From assembly GCA_002694745.1 (NCBI GenBank), contig NZMY01000050.1, positions 196,630 to 260,629 of the forward strand: 64,000 bases of DNA. Direction: 5' to 3'. This document shows, in pieces, positions 29,052 through 39,626 of this stretch. The notes under the pieces are model-generated. The model saw nothing but the letters and a program-made list of their open reading frames with translations, did not search any database and was not told the origin of the DNA. Numbering within the stretch: the stretch's first letter is position 1; each line of letters starts with the position of its first letter. The position numbers and the translations under genes are program-made. This DNA comes from Croceicoccus sp. GTDB lineage: Bacteria; Pseudomonadota; Alphaproteobacteria; Sphingomonadales; Sphingomonadaceae.

Positions 29052-31406
29052 ATGACGAGTGGTCGCACACGCACTGGCCTGACGGAGCGTCTTGCGGCGT
29101 CGCTGTCAGCGCTGGCTCTGCTGGCCGGTTGCGGGGGCGGCGGTTCGGGCGGCGGACCCATCTCGACGCCCACGCCGGTTCCGGCACCGACCCCGACGCC
29201 GACCCCGACCGTCAATTTCAACACCGCGGAGTTCCGTACATCCGACGGGCCCGAACAGCATGACGCCGTGGCCGCATGGCAGCAGGGCGCGACGGGGCGG
29301 GGCGTGGGGATCGCCATCATCGATACGGGCATCGACCGCGACAATCCCGAACTGGCGGGCCGGATATCCAGCGCATCGGCCGATGTCGCTGCCAGTCGCA
29401 GCCTCGATTCCCCCGATGGTCACGGCACGCAGGTGGCGCTGGTCGCGGCTGCGGCGCGCAATAACGAGGGTGTGGTCGGCATCGCCTATGACGCGACCAT
29501 CATCGCCTTTCGCGCCGACCAACCGGGCAGCTGCGACGGTTTCGACCCCGCCAATCCCACCACCGGCTGCAATTTCAACGATTCGGACATCGCGCGCGGC
29601 GTCGATCTGGCGGTGGCCGCCGGTGCGCGGGTCATCAACATCTCGCTGGGCGGATCGACGCCGACCTTCGTGCTGCGCAATGCATTGAGCGAGGCGGCGG
29701 CGGCCGGCGCGGTGATTGTCGTGTCCGCCGGCAATGACGGCGAGGGGATCGATCCCGCGATAGATCCCGACAATCCCGATCCGTTTGCCATCGGTGTGCT
29801 GCGTTCCGGAGGGTCCAGCGTGATCGTCGCGGGATCGGTCGATGCCGCGTCCGAAATTTCGGTTTTCAGCAACAAGGCAGGCACAGCCGCATCCTCTTTC
29901 CTCGCCGCGCGGGGTGAGGATGTTTGCTGCGTGTATCAGGACGGCGAGATCTATACCGAGACGCAGGACGGGTCTGAATTCGTCTATGTGATCAACGGCA
30001 CCAGCTTTGCCGCGCCGCAGATTTCGGGCGCGGCGGCGTTGCTGGCGCAGGCATTTCCCAACCTCAGCGGAAGGGAGATCGTGAGCCTGCTGCTCGACAA
30101 TGCGCGCGACGCGGGGGCAAGCGGGACCGACAGCGTCTATGGCCGCGGCATTCTCGACATCGGGGCAGCGTTTCAGCCCAGCGGCGTGACGACGCTGGCG
30201 GGCAGCGAACTGCCTCTGTCGCTGGTCGCGGCGGCGGGCATGGCCAGCCCGGCGATGGGCGATGCGGCGCGGCGGGCGGCGGCCGACACGGTCGTGCTGG
30301 ACGGATATGGCAGGGCGTATCAGGTCAACCTCGCGGGCCGCATGCAGCAGGCGGCGCCGCGCCGCGATTTCGCGCGTGCGCTTCAAGGCAGCACGCGCGG
30401 CGCAAGCCTGCGCGCCGGGCAGGTCGGGGCAAGCTTTGCCATCGCCGATCCGGCGGCGAGGGACATGCGTTCCGCGGCCTTGCAACCGAACCGGGACGGC
30501 ATGGGCGGGCAGGAGGTGCTAGCCGCGCAGATCAATGCGCAGATCACGCCGGATACCAAGGTGGCACTGGGCTTTCGCCAGTCGGCAAGCGGGCTGGAAG
30601 CGGGACTGCGCGGGGCGGACCGGCCTGCCTTCATGGTCGCGCAGGATGTCGGCGGGGACTTCGGCTTTCTCGCCATGCGCGAAGGGGCGATGGCCGTCCG
30701 CCAGCAGATGCAGGGCTGGGGCCTGACGGTTTCGGGCGAGAGCGGGCTGGTCTGGACCGACCGGCTCGAGGAAGAATTGTCGATCCTGCCGGCGCGCCGG
30801 AACCGCGTGTCGCGCTATGGGATCGCAGCCGACGCCGGCAAAGGATCCCTCACCGGCACGATCGGCGCGTCATGGCTGCGCGAGGATGCGACCCTGCTGG
30901 GCGGCAGCTTCCAGCGCTCGCTGGCGGGCGAGGGCGGGGCGGACAGCCTGTTCGTGGATGCTGGCGTGGAATGGTCGCCGGGCAAACGCTGGAATGTCGG
31001 GGCGGCGATGCGCGGCGGCCTGACGCGGCCCGAAACCGGCGGATTGATGGCGGGCAATGCCGCGCTGCATTCGATGGGATGGAGCGTCGACGCTGCGCGC
31101 ACCGGCATTTTCGCGTCGACCGACCGGTTGGCGCTGCGCGTGTCGCAGCCGCTGCGTGTCGAATCGGGATCGCTCGTGCTGAATGTGCCGGTCGCCTATG
31201 ACTATGCCAGCGAGACGGCGACGATGGGCGTCACGCATCTTTCGCTAAGCCCGACTGGGCGGGAAATTGCCACCGAACTGGCGTGGGAAGGCAATGTGTG
31301 GGGCGGCGCGATGACCGCCAGCCTGTTCTATCGCCGCGATCCGGGGCATATCGCGGCCATCGCCGACGACATGGGCGCCGGACTACGCTGGAGCCGCTCT
31401 TTCTGA
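29052..31406 (+). CDS. Subtilisin-like (S8) serine protease autotransporter with lipoprotein signal
   Basis: Lipobox LALLAGC. Triad contexts [16 protein letters not shown] and [12 protein letters not shown]. About 300-aa C-terminal beta-domain ending LRWSRSF. ATG at 29052 lies inside the 1158-aa track ORF. Confidence 0.85.
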   Translation: MTSGRTRTGLTERLAASLSALALLAGCGGGGSGGGPISTPTPVPAPTPTPTPTVNFNTAEFRTSDGPEQHDAVAAWQQGATGRGVGIAIIDTGIDRDNPELAGRISSASADVAASRSLDSPDGHGTQVALVAAAARNNEGVVGIAYDATIIAFRADQPGSCDGFDPANPTTGCNFNDSDIARGVDLAVAAGARVINISLGGSTPTFVLRNALSEAAAAGAVIVVSAGNDGEGIDPAIDPDNPDPFAIGVLRSGGSSVIVAGSVDAASEISVFSNKAGTAASSFLAARGEDVCCVYQDGEIYTETQDGSEFVYVINGTSFAAPQISGAAALLAQAFPNLSGREIVSLLLDNARDAGASGTDSVYGRGILDIGAAFQPSGVTTLAGSELPLSLVAAAGMASPAMGDAARRAAADTVVLDGYGRAYQVNLAGRMQQAAPRRDFARALQGSTRGASLRAGQVGASFAIADPAARDMRSAALQPNRDGMGGQEVLAAQINAQITPDTKVALGFRQSASGLEAGLRGADRPAFMVAQDVGGDFGFLAMREGAMAVRQQMQGWGLTVSGESGLVWTDRLEEELSILPARRNRVSRYGIAADAGKGSLTGTIGASWLREDATLLGGSFQRSLAGEGGADSLFVDAGVEWSPGKRWNVGAAMRGGLTRPETGGLMAGNAALHSMGWSVDAARTGIFASTDRLALRVSQPLRVESGSLVLNVPVAYDYASETATMGVTHLSLSPTGREIATELAWEGNVWGGAMTASLFYRRDPGHIAAIADDMGAGLRWSRSF

Positions 31407-31410
31407 CGCG

Positions 31411-32085
31411 TCAGGTCGGCGAGGCTTCGCCCGTCAGCTGCCGCACGAAGGAGACGAGCCCGGTCTGCCGCTCGCGCCGCAGCCGCTCTGCATCGAGGAT
31501 CCGGCGCACCTGTTCGTAGCAGCGGTCGATATCGTCGTTGACGACGACATAGTCGTAATCCGACCAGTGGCTGATCTCGGCCCTCGCGCGGTCCATGCGC
31601 GCCTCGATCACGTTGGCGTCGTCGGTGCCGCGCGCCTTCAGACGGCGGTAGAGCTCGTCGATGCTTGGAGGAAGGACGAAGACGGGCACGACATCCTCAC
31701 GCGCGCGCTGGGCCAGTTGCTGCGTGCCTTGCCAGTCTATGTCGAACAGGAAATCCCGGCCGGCCTTGAGCCCCGCCCAGATCTGCGCCTTCGGCGTGCC
31801 ATAGCTGTGCCCGAAGACATGCGCCCATTCCAGAAACGCGTGATCCTCGGCCATCTGGTCGAAGGTGGGCTTGTCGACGAAATGATAGTCGCGCCCATCC
31901 ACTTCGCCCGGTCGCATCGCGCGTGTCGTGGCCGATACCGACATGGCCAGCCCGGCATCCGACTGCAGCAGCTTGCGCGCGATCGTGGTCTTCCCCGCGC
32001 CCGACGGCGAGGACAGGATGAACATCAGTCCGCGGCGCGAAAGACGCGCGGATTGGGGAGTATCTTTATCGTGGAGGTCGGCCAT
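31411..32085 (-). CDS. gmk: Guanylate kinase
   Basis: LSSPSGAGKTT P-loop and DGRDYHFV motif. Confidence 0.95.
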   Translation of the reverse strand: MADLHDKDTPQSARLSRRGLMFILSSPSGAGKTTIARKLLQSDAGLAMSVSATTRAMRPGEVDGRDYHFVDKPTFDQMAEDHAFLEWAHVFGHSYGTPKAQIWAGLKAGRDFLFDIDWQGTQQLAQRAREDVVPVFVLPPSIDELYRRLKARGTDDANVIEARMDRARAEISHWSDYDYVVVNDDIDRCYEQVRRILDAERLRRERQTGLVSFVRQLTGEASPT

Positions 32086-32162
32086 GCGCGCTGATGGCCG
32101 TGGCAGGGGTGCTGCGTCAAGCGGGCAGGCGGGTTCGGTGCACGATCACGTGCACCAAGGCG

Positions 32163-32564
32163 TCAATCCTCGGCTTCGGCGATGCGCTTGTGCAGTGCCC
32201 TGCGCCCTTCGATCTTGGCGCTGCGTCCCCGCTTGCGGTCATAAAGCGTTTTTGCCAGCAATCCCCCACCGATGATGACTGCTCCGGGCAGGGAACGCGT
32301 GGCAGTGCGCGCGACGGCAGCCGCCAGCAGCGTCTCTCCGACCGATCGGCCGGACATGACCTTTTTCGCCTCGTCCTTGGTGTACCGCTTGCTGAGCAGC
32401 TTCTGCTCGGTCACGCGGCGCGCGACGCGGCTTACACCGCGAAGGGCGATATCGGTCAGGATCAGATTGGTCATCGGATTGGGGCTAAAGCCCGGCAGTC
32501 CGTTCTCGTCGGTCGCCTTGGCGGCGCCTTTGGACTTCTTGCGACGCTTGCTGAAAATTGCCAT
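32163..32564 (-). CDS. Hypothetical protein
   Basis: 133-aa ORF with a basic N-terminus and one hydrophobic stretch. No family recognised. Confidence 0.5.
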   Translation of the reverse strand: MAIFSKRRKKSKGAAKATDENGLPGFSPNPMTNLILTDIALRGVSRVARRVTEQKLLSKRYTKDEAKKVMSGRSVGETLLAAAVARTATRSLPGAVIIGGGLLAKTLYDRKRGRSAKIEGRRALHKRIAEAED

Positions 32565-32609
32565 CGGGTGCCCCAGACTTGGCGGCGCCTGAAGGAAAAG
32601 CGGCGCCGG

Positions 32610-33119
32610 TTACTTTTTCTTGCCGAAATCCACGGTCACGACATTCGATCCGTCATCCGGCGTGTCTGCTCCATCAACGCCGCCCGGCGCACCCTGTTCC
32701 GAATCGTTCTCGGCATCGCCGTGGGGTTCGGCCTCCTCGACCTCTGCCACGGCCTGGAACTGCAGGCCGAATTCGACCGCGGGATCGACGAAAGCCGTGA
32801 TCGCGGAGAACGGAATGACCAGCTTTGCCGGGATCTGGTTGAAACTGAGCCCGACCGAGAAATGATCCTCCGCCACCGACAGGTCCCAGAACTTGTTCTG
32901 CAGAACGATCGTCATCTCGTCCGGGAAACGCGCCCGCAGGTCCGCGGGAATTTCCACGCCCGACGCGCCGGTCTTGAAGGTGATATAGAAATGATGACTG
33001 CCCGGCGGCATGCCGCCTGCTGCCTGCACTTCTCCCAGCACGCGGCCGACCACGGCGCGCAAGGCCTCCTGCACGATCTCGTCGTAAGGGATCAGGCTGT
33101 CGGGCGTACTGTCGTTCAT
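32610..33119 (-). CDS. sspB: ClpXP adaptor SspB (alphaproteobacterial type)
   Basis: LIPYDEIVQEALRAVV..HHFYITFKT..PDEMTIVLQNKFWDL closely parallels Caulobacter SspB as I remember it. Confidence 0.85.
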   Translation of the reverse strand: MNDSTPDSLIPYDEIVQEALRAVVGRVLGEVQAAGGMPPGSHHFYITFKTGASGVEIPADLRARFPDEMTIVLQNKFWDLSVAEDHFSVGLSFNQIPAKLVIPFSAITAFVDPAVEFGLQFQAVAEVEEAEPHGDAENDSEQGAPGGVDGADTPDDGSNVVTVDFGKKK

Positions 33120-33303
33120 GCGGTTGGATTGTCAGCAGCTTAACCGCTGGTCAAGCAGGAATGGCGGGCAATCCGCGACAATGTGACTGCTGCCGAACAA
33201 TTGTTGCGCGCCATGGCCTGCATCGCGGCGTGCCGGTTGTCATCGCGGTCCGGGGACGCTCGCCCCCTTGCGCGGCGCGGCTTGAGGCCTATAGCGCGAA
33301 ACC

Positions 33304-33930
33304 ATGCGAAACACGGCATTGCAGCGCACCGGCACGGTCCGGCGCAAGACCCATGAAACCGATATCGACGTGGCCGTCGATCTCGACGGTGCTGGCGTAT
33401 ACGACATATCGACCGGCATCGGCTTTCTCGACCATATGATCGAGCAGTTCTCGCGCCATTCGCTGATCGACGTGAAACTGCATGTCGACGGCGATCTGCA
33501 TGTCGATCAGCATCACACGGTCGAGGACAGCGCCATCGCATTGGGCGAGGCGATTGCGCAGGCGCTGGGCGAGAAGCGCGGGATCACCCGCTATGGCCAT
33601 GCCTATTCGCCGATGGACGAGACGCTGGCGCGGGTGGCGCTGGATATTTCGGGCCGCCCCTATCTGGTCTGGAAGGCCGGTTTCTCGCAGCCGCGGCTGG
33701 GCGAGATGGATACCGAGCTGTTCGAGCACTGGTTCCACTCGGTCGCGCAGGCGGCGGGCATCACGCTGCATATCGAACTGCTCTACGGCCAGAACAACCA
33801 CCACATCGTCGAGGCGATCTATAAGGGTTTCGCCCGCGCCATGCGCTCTGCGGTGGAGATCGATCCGAGGAAGGGCGACGCGGTGCCATCGACCAAGGGC
33901 ATGCTTGGCACGGGTACTCTGGAGGTCTGA
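33304..33930 (+). CDS. hisB: Imidazoleglycerol-phosphate dehydratase
   Basis: [46 protein letters not shown]. Confidence 0.95.
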   Translation: MRNTALQRTGTVRRKTHETDIDVAVDLDGAGVYDISTGIGFLDHMIEQFSRHSLIDVKLHVDGDLHVDQHHTVEDSAIALGEAIAQALGEKRGITRYGHAYSPMDETLARVALDISGRPYLVWKAGFSQPRLGEMDTELFEHWFHSVAQAAGITLHIELLYGQNNHHIVEAIYKGFARAMRSAVEIDPRKGDAVPSTKGMLGTGTLEV

Positions 33931-33936
33931 CGCGCG

Positions 33937-34221
33937 ATGTTCATTCTCGACATTACCTATACCGCCCCGATCGAGCGGATGGACGAATTGCTGCCCGACC
34001 ACATCGCATGGCTGGAAAAGGGCCGCGGCGAGCGCCGCTTTGTCGCGTGGGGTCGCAAGGTGCCGCGTACGGGCGGGATGGTGTTCGCGGTCGGCACCCG
34101 CGATGAGATCGAGGCGGAAGCGCAGCGCGATCCGTTCGTCGCGAATGGCGCCGCCACCGTTAATGTGATCGAGTTCGACGCAAAGTTCGCGGGCGAAGGT
34201 CTAGAGGCGCTTCAGCGATGA
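33937..34221 (+). CDS. YciI-like protein
   Basis: 94 aa with the MFILDITY...DPF pattern. Lies between hisB and hisH. Confidence 0.65.
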   Translation: MFILDITYTAPIERMDELLPDHIAWLEKGRGERRFVAWGRKVPRTGGMVFAVGTRDEIEAEAQRDPFVANGAATVNVIEFDAKFAGEGLEALQR

Positions 34222-34231
34222 AAGGCGGCCA

Positions 34232-34861
34232 ATGAAGGACGGTCTGGCCCTCATCGATTTCGGTGCGGGCAATCTGCATTCGGTGGAAAACGCGCTGAGG
34301 GCCGCGGGCGCGGGGCGGATTATCGTCACTTGCGACCCTAACGACGTATTGCGCGCCGAACGGGTGGTCCTTCCCGGCGTCGGCGCTTTCGGATCATGCG
34401 CCAGCGCCCTGCGCGCCATTCCCGGCATGGTCGAGGCCATGGAGGAGCGCGTGCTGCGCGGCGGCGCGCCGTTCCTTGGCATATGCGTCGGCATGCAGTT
34501 GCTAGCGACGCGGGGTATCGAATTCGGAACCCACGACGGCCTGGACTGGATACCGGGCGAGGTTCGCGCGATCGAGGTGACCGATCCGGCGATCAAGGTC
34601 CCGCACATGGGCTGGAACGACGTGCGCCCGATGCCGCATCACGACGGAGCGGGGCTGATCGAGCAGGGCGAGGCCTATTTCCTGCACAGCTTTCACTATG
34701 TGACCGAAAGCGGGCGCGACATCGCCGCGATCACCGATCATGGCGGGGCGATCACCGCCGCGGTCGCGCGCGACAATCTGCTGGGCGTGCAGTTCCATCC
34801 GGAAAAGAGCCAGCGCTACGGCATCGACCTTCTCGAAAGATTTCTGGACTGGACCCCATGA
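34232..34861 (+). CDS. hisH: Imidazole glycerol phosphate synthase, glutaminase subunit
   Basis: VLPGVGAFG, GICVGMQLL (catalytic Cys), GVQFHPEKS. Confidence 0.95.
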   Translation: MKDGLALIDFGAGNLHSVENALRAAGAGRIIVTCDPNDVLRAERVVLPGVGAFGSCASALRAIPGMVEAMEERVLRGGAPFLGICVGMQLLATRGIEFGTHDGLDWIPGEVRAIEVTDPAIKVPHMGWNDVRPMPHHDGAGLIEQGEAYFLHSFHYVTESGRDIAAITDHGGAITAAVARDNLLGVQFHPEKSQRYGIDLLERFLDWTP

Positions 34862-35601
34862 TTGTATTTCCCGCCATCGATCTCAAGGGCGGCCAGGTCG
34901 TCAGGCTGGCCGAAGGGGACATGGACCGCGCCACCGTCTATGGCGACGATCCCGCCGCGCAGGCCGCGATCTTTGCCGAGGCAGGCGCGATGCATCTGCA
35001 TGTCGTCGATCTGGACGGCAGCTTCGCCGGACGGGCCGAAAACCGCGAGGCGGTGGAGGGCATCCTGCAAAGCTTTCCCGGTCACGTCCAGCTTGGCGGC
35101 GGCATCCGCACGCGTGAGGCGGTGGAGGGCTGGTTCGACCTTGGCGTCAGCCGCATCGTGATGGGCACGGCCGCGCTGAAGGATCCGCAATTCGTGAAGG
35201 ACATGGCCACGGCATTTCCCGGCGGGATCGTCGTCGCGGTGGACGCGCGCGACGGCATGGTCGCGACCGAGGGCTGGGCCGAACTTTCCGACGTATCGGT
35301 GGTCGATCTCGCCCGCCGGTTCGAGGATGCGGGCGTCGCCAGCCTGTTGTTCACCGATATCGGCCGCGACGGCATGCTGAAGGGCTGCAACATCGACGCG
35401 ACCGTTGATCTCGCCCGTGCGACGAACATGCCGGTGATCGCCAGCGGCGGGGTGAAGGGGCTGGACGATATCCATATCCTCTCGCTCCACGCAGGAGACG
35501 GGATCGAGGGCGTGATCACGGGCCGTGCGATCTATGACGGGCGGCTGGATCTGGCTGCTGCGCTGGACATGGCCGCAAGGGCGGCCGGAACGCGCACATG
35601 A
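34858..35601 (+). CDS. hisA: ProFAR isomerase
   Basis: [17 protein letters not shown]...GGGIR...SGGV. ATG at 34858 overlaps the hisH stop and lies inside the longer track ORF 34396-35601. Confidence 0.95.
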   Translation: MIVFPAIDLKGGQVVRLAEGDMDRATVYGDDPAAQAAIFAEAGAMHLHVVDLDGSFAGRAENREAVEGILQSFPGHVQLGGGIRTREAVEGWFDLGVSRIVMGTAALKDPQFVKDMATAFPGGIVVAVDARDGMVATEGWAELSDVSVVDLARRFEDAGVASLLFTDIGRDGMLKGCNIDATVDLARATNMPVIASGGVKGLDDIHILSLHAGDGIEGVITGRAIYDGRLDLAAALDMAARAAGTRT

Positions 35602-36362
35602 CGGTCCGAATCCGGGTTATTCCGTGTCTCGATGTGGCCGAAGGACGCGTCGTGAAGGGCGTGAACTTCGTCGATCTGATCGACGCGGGCGACCCGGTCG
35701 AGCAGGCGCGTGCCTATGATGCGGCAGGCGCGGACGAGCTGTGCTTTCTGGATATTTCCGCGACGCATGAAGGACGCGGCACGCTAGTCGATATCGTGCG
35801 CCGCACCGCGCAGGTGTGCTTCATGCCGCTGACGGTGGGCGGCGGGGTGCGTTCGGCAGAGGATGCGCGCACGCTGCTGCTGGCGGGTGCGGACAAGGTC
35901 GCGGTCAATTCCGCCGCCGTCGCGCGGCCCGAAGTCGTTGCCGACATCGCCGACCGCTTCGGCGCGCAATGCGTGGTCGCATCGGTCGATGCGCGGCGGG
36001 TCGGGGATCAGGATCGCTGGGAAATCTTCACCCACGGCGGCCGCAAGCCGACCGGCATCGATGCCGTTGAACATGCGGTGAAACTCGCCGATCTGGGCGC
36101 GGGCGAATTGCTCGTCACCTCTATGGACGGGGACGGGACCAAGGCGGGCTATGACCTTGCGCTGACCCGCGCCATTGCGGATTCGGTTTCCGTGCCCGTC
36201 GTGGCCAGCGGCGGCGTCGGCACGCTCGACCATCTTGTCGAAGGCGTGACAAAGGGGCATGCCAGTGCCGTGCTGGCCGCATCGATCTTCCATTTCGGCA
36301 CATATTCGATCGCCGATGCCCATGCCGCCTTGCGTGCGGCGGGCCTTCCGGCGCGGGCCTGA
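35598..36362 (+). CDS. hisF: Imidazole glycerol phosphate synthase, cyclase subunit
   Basis: [31 protein letters not shown]. Confidence 0.95.
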   Translation: MTVRIRVIPCLDVAEGRVVKGVNFVDLIDAGDPVEQARAYDAAGADELCFLDISATHEGRGTLVDIVRRTAQVCFMPLTVGGGVRSAEDARTLLLAGADKVAVNSAAVARPEVVADIADRFGAQCVVASVDARRVGDQDRWEIFTHGGRKPTGIDAVEHAVKLADLGAGELLVTSMDGDGTKAGYDLALTRAIADSVSVPVVASGGVGTLDHLVEGVTKGHASAVLAASIFHFGTYSIADAHAALRAAGLPARA

Positions 36363-36418
36363 TGCCTGCCGGCGCGGGCCTTGTGATCGTGCGGGCCTGA
36401 TGATGATGGGGGGCTGAT

Positions 36419-38170
36419 ATGGGGGAAAGCGAAAGCGCGGGCCTGCTGGTCGAGGGGTTCGTCCTGCTGGGCGCGGCATTGGCTTTCGTGCTGCTGTTCC
36501 GCCGGCTGGGGCTGGGCGCGACGCTGGGTTATCTTGTCGCGGGCGTCGTCGTGGGCCCGCAGGTTCTTGGCCTTGCCGGAGACGCCGAGGACAAGCTGCA
36601 TTTCGCCGAACTTGGCATCACCTTCCTGCTGTTCATCGTCGGCCTCGAACTCGCGCCGCAGCGATTGTGGCGCATGCGGCGGGAAATCTTCGGGCTGGGT
36701 TTCGCGCAGGTCGCGCTATGCGCGGTCGCCATCGTCGCACTGATCTATCTCACGACGCGTTTCACCTTCGCCGCCGTGCTGGCGCTGGGTCTGCCGCTGG
36801 CGCTGTCTTCGACGGCGCAGGTGCTGCCGATGCTGCAATCGGCAGGACGGCTTCGCACCCCGTTCGGTGAGCGTGCCTTCGCCGTGCTGCTGTTCCAGGA
36901 TCTGTCGATCATTCCGCTGCTGACCATCGTCGCGGCGCTCAGCCGGAACCCGGCGGATCAGGCGGGGCCGCCGGGCTGGCAGCTTGGGCTGATGACGATT
37001 GCCGCGGTGGGCGGGCTGGTATTGGCCGGGGCCTACCTGCTGCGCCCTCTGCTGCGCCTGATCGGCAATCTGGGTGAGCGCGAGATGTTCGTGGTCGCCG
37101 GGCTGTTCGCGGTGGTCGGCTCGGCGGCGCTCATGTCCTGGCTGGGCCTGTCGACCGCGCTGGGCGCCTTTGTCGCGGGCGTCATGCTGGCAAGCTCGCC
37201 CTTCCGGCACGAGCTTGAGGCCGATGTCGAACCGTTCCGCTCGATCCTGCTGGGCCTGTTCTTCCTTGCGGTGGGCATGATGCTCGACCTGCAGGCCATT
37301 GCCGAGCGGCCCGTGTTCGTGCTGCTGGGCGCTGTCCTGCTCATTTCGGCCAAGGCGGGGGTGATCTTCCTGCTTGGCCTGCTGGCAAAGATGCAATGGC
37401 GCAGCGCGCTGGCGCTCGGCCTGCTGCTCAGCCAGGGCGGCGAGTTCGGTTTCGTCCTGTTCGCCGCGGCCGAGCGCGGCCTCCTCATCAGCAGCGAGGC
37501 GTCGAGCCTGTTCACCGCCATCGTCACCATCTCGATGGCATCGACGCCGTTTCTAATGAAGTTCACCTCCAGCATCCGCCGCCCGCCCGCCGGGGCCGGA
37601 GAGGAACGCGCGGGGCCGGTCAACGAGGGGGCGACGGCGCTGGTGGTGGGCTATGGCCGGTTCGGCCAGACCGTCGCACAGGCGCTGGCAGCGGGCGAAA
37701 TCGGGCTGACCGTGATCGACAGCGACGTCAACCAGATCGATGTCGCGCGCGAATTCGGCGCCACCGTCTATTTCGGCGACGGCACCCGGATGGATTTGTT
37801 GCGACAGGCCGGCGCGGCCGAGGCCGAAGCCATCCTGTTCTGCATCGACGGCGACCAGATCGACGCCCATTTGCTGCGCGAAGTGCACGAGGCATTCCCC
37901 GATGCGCTCGTTTATATTCGTGTCTTCGACCGGCGATCCGTCATGAAGATCGATCCCGGCAAAAAGGACGTGGTGGTGCGCGAGGTCTACGAATCGGCGA
38001 TCGTCATGGCCAAGGAGGCGCTGCGCGGACTGGGCAGCAGCGAGCAGCTGATCGAAAACGCGATCGACGATTACCGCAAGGCGGACGAGGAGCGACTGGT
38101 TCTGCAGCGCGAGGCGGGCGATTTGCGCGCAGGCATCGACCGCATGTTCGTGCCCGATCCGCGCGGCTAG
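36419..38170 (+). CDS. CPA2-family monovalent cation:proton antiporter (KefB/KefC-like) with C-terminal RCK/TrkA-N domain
   Basis: Multi-TM N-terminal region. C-terminal VVGYGRFGQTVA Rossmann motif. Confidence 0.85.
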   Translation: MGESESAGLLVEGFVLLGAALAFVLLFRRLGLGATLGYLVAGVVVGPQVLGLAGDAEDKLHFAELGITFLLFIVGLELAPQRLWRMRREIFGLGFAQVALCAVAIVALIYLTTRFTFAAVLALGLPLALSSTAQVLPMLQSAGRLRTPFGERAFAVLLFQDLSIIPLLTIVAALSRNPADQAGPPGWQLGLMTIAAVGGLVLAGAYLLRPLLRLIGNLGEREMFVVAGLFAVVGSAALMSWLGLSTALGAFVAGVMLASSPFRHELEADVEPFRSILLGLFFLAVGMMLDLQAIAERPVFVLLGAVLLISAKAGVIFLLGLLAKMQWRSALALGLLLSQGGEFGFVLFAAAERGLLISSEASSLFTAIVTISMASTPFLMKFTSSIRRPPAGAGEERAGPVNEGATALVVGYGRFGQTVAQALAAGEIGLTVIDSDVNQIDVAREFGATVYFGDGTRMDLLRQAGAAEAEAILFCIDGDQIDAHLLREVHEAFPDALVYIRVFDRRSVMKIDPGKKDVVVREVYESAIVMAKEALRGLGSSEQLIENAIDDYRKADEERLVLQREAGDLRAGIDRMFVPDPRG

Positions 38171-38234
38171 ATCCGCATGCCGGCAACAGGCAGGCTGGAC
38201 GAAGCCGCGCCGCAAACCTAAGCGTCAGCCCGAC

Positions 38235-38570
38235 ATGACCGATAGCATCGATATCATCACGCGCCTTGCCGCCACCATCGAGACCCGCAAGGGCGGCGAC
38301 CCCGAACAAAGCTATGTCGCAAAACTGTTCGACCGCGGCCCCGACTATGCCGCGCGCAAGCTGGGCGAAGAAGCGGTCGAGACCGTCGTGGCCGCCCTTG
38401 CCGGAAGCGACGAGGAACTGGTGGGCGAGGCTGCGGACGTGATCTTCCATCTCTCCGTCCTCCTTGCCGCGCGCGACCTGTCGATCCACGACGCGCTGAC
38501 CGAACTGGGCCGCCGCGAAGGCCTGTCGGGCATCGAGGAAAAGAATTCGCGTAGTAGCCAAGGGAACTGA
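38235..38570 (+). CDS. hisE: Phosphoribosyl-ATP pyrophosphatase
   Basis: SYVAKLF..GPDYAARKLGEEAVE..EAADVIFHLSVLL. Confidence 0.9.
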   Translation: MTDSIDIITRLAATIETRKGGDPEQSYVAKLFDRGPDYAARKLGEEAVETVVAALAGSDEELVGEAADVIFHLSVLLAARDLSIHDALTELGRREGLSGIEEKNSRSSQGN

Positions 38571-38573
38571 GCC

Positions 38574-38963
38574 ATGAGCGTGACCCCCGTCGACCCGACG
38601 CAGCCCTACGATCCCGACAATATCTTCGCCAAGATACTGCGTGGCGAGATACCCTCGACCAAGGTGTACGAGGACGAATGGGCCGTCGCGTTCGAGGATA
38701 TCGCGCCCGTAGCCCCGATCCACGTTCTGGTGGTGCCGCGTAATGGCTACGTCAGCTGGGACGATTTCTCGCAAAATGCCCCTGCCGAGGAAGTGGCCGG
38801 TTTCGTGAAGGCCGTCGGCAATGTCGCGCGGCAACTGGGTCTTGTCGAAGAGGGATATCGCCTCATCAACAATATCGGTCCGAACGGCGGGCAGATCGTG
38901 CCCCATTTGCATGTGCATTTGCTGGGCGGGCGCACGATGGGGCCCATGTTGACGCCGCGATAG
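38574..38963 (+). CDS. HIT (histidine triad) family protein
   Basis: IFAKILRGEIPS... and the histidine triad VPHLHVHLLGG. Confidence 0.9.
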   Translation: MSVTPVDPTQPYDPDNIFAKILRGEIPSTKVYEDEWAVAFEDIAPVAPIHVLVVPRNGYVSWDDFSQNAPAEEVAGFVKAVGNVARQLGLVEEGYRLINNIGPNGGQIVPHLHVHLLGGRTMGPMLTPR

Positions 38964-39077
38964 GTCGGTTTGACCCGCGCGGACGGTCCACTCGTGGGAT
39001 CGGCGCGATCAACGGTTCACAACTGGCCTCGGGGCGCTTGTGCGCCGAATCGCCCCCCGGCTATGAGCCTTGGGCCC

Positions 39078-39626
39078 ATGCGTACCGACAATCATGAAAC
39101 CGCTGCGCCCCCAGGCGACGCGCTGCCCGTTCCGGCAGGCGGATCGATCCTGCGCGGCGTGCATTATTACGCGGTGCGCGTGTTCTTCGAAGATACCGAT
39201 CTGTCGGGCGTGGTCTATCACGCGAACTATCTGCGTTTTTTCGAACGCGCGCGCTCCGATCTTTTGCGCATGCTCGATATCGACCAGCGCGCCGCGCATG
39301 AGGCGGGCGAGGGTGCCTATGCGGTCAGCGATCTGACTATCCGCTATGTGGCGCCTGCGCGGCTCGACGACGAAATGATGATCGAGACGCGCGCGGTGCA
39401 GATCGGCCGCGCATCGTGCAAGCTTAACCAGAAGGCATGGAGAAGCGGCGCGTTGCTGGCCGAGATGGACGTGCGCGTCGGTTTCGTGGCGCCCAACGGC
39501 CGCCCCCGCCGCCAGCCCGAAAACTGGCTGGATGCCTTCGACGATTTCATGGCCCGTTCACCTGATGCCTCCATAGCGGGGCGGCAGGGGGCTCTCCCCG
39601 AAAACAATCCTGATCCGAAAGCCTGA
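39078..39626 (+). CDS. ybgC: Tol-Pal-associated acyl-CoA thioesterase YbgC (hotdog fold) with C-terminal extension
   Basis: VRVFFEDTDLSGVVYHANYLRFFERAR, immediately upstream of tolQ. Start could be 39078 or 39063. Confidence 0.8.
   Translation: MRTDNHETAAPPGDALPVPAGGSILRGVHYYAVRVFFEDTDLSGVVYHANYLRFFERARSDLLRMLDIDQRAAHEAGEGAYAVSDLTIRYVAPARLDDEMMIETRAVQIGRASCKLNQKAWRSGALLAEMDVRVGFVAPNGRPRRQPENWLDAFDDFMARSPDASIAGRQGALPENNPDPKA

Noticed and set aside
33190-33215. Palindrome aacaattgtt in the sspB/hisB divergent spacer
   Set aside because: It is a single 10-nt palindrome with no known matching regulator consensus that I can name. I noted it only.
36335-36400. Repeated gcgggcct / ccggcgcgggcct strings at the hisF 3' end and following spacer
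   Set aside because: These are low-complexity GC-rich direct repeats. Part of them encodes the hisF C-terminus. There is no evidence of a mobile-element scar.
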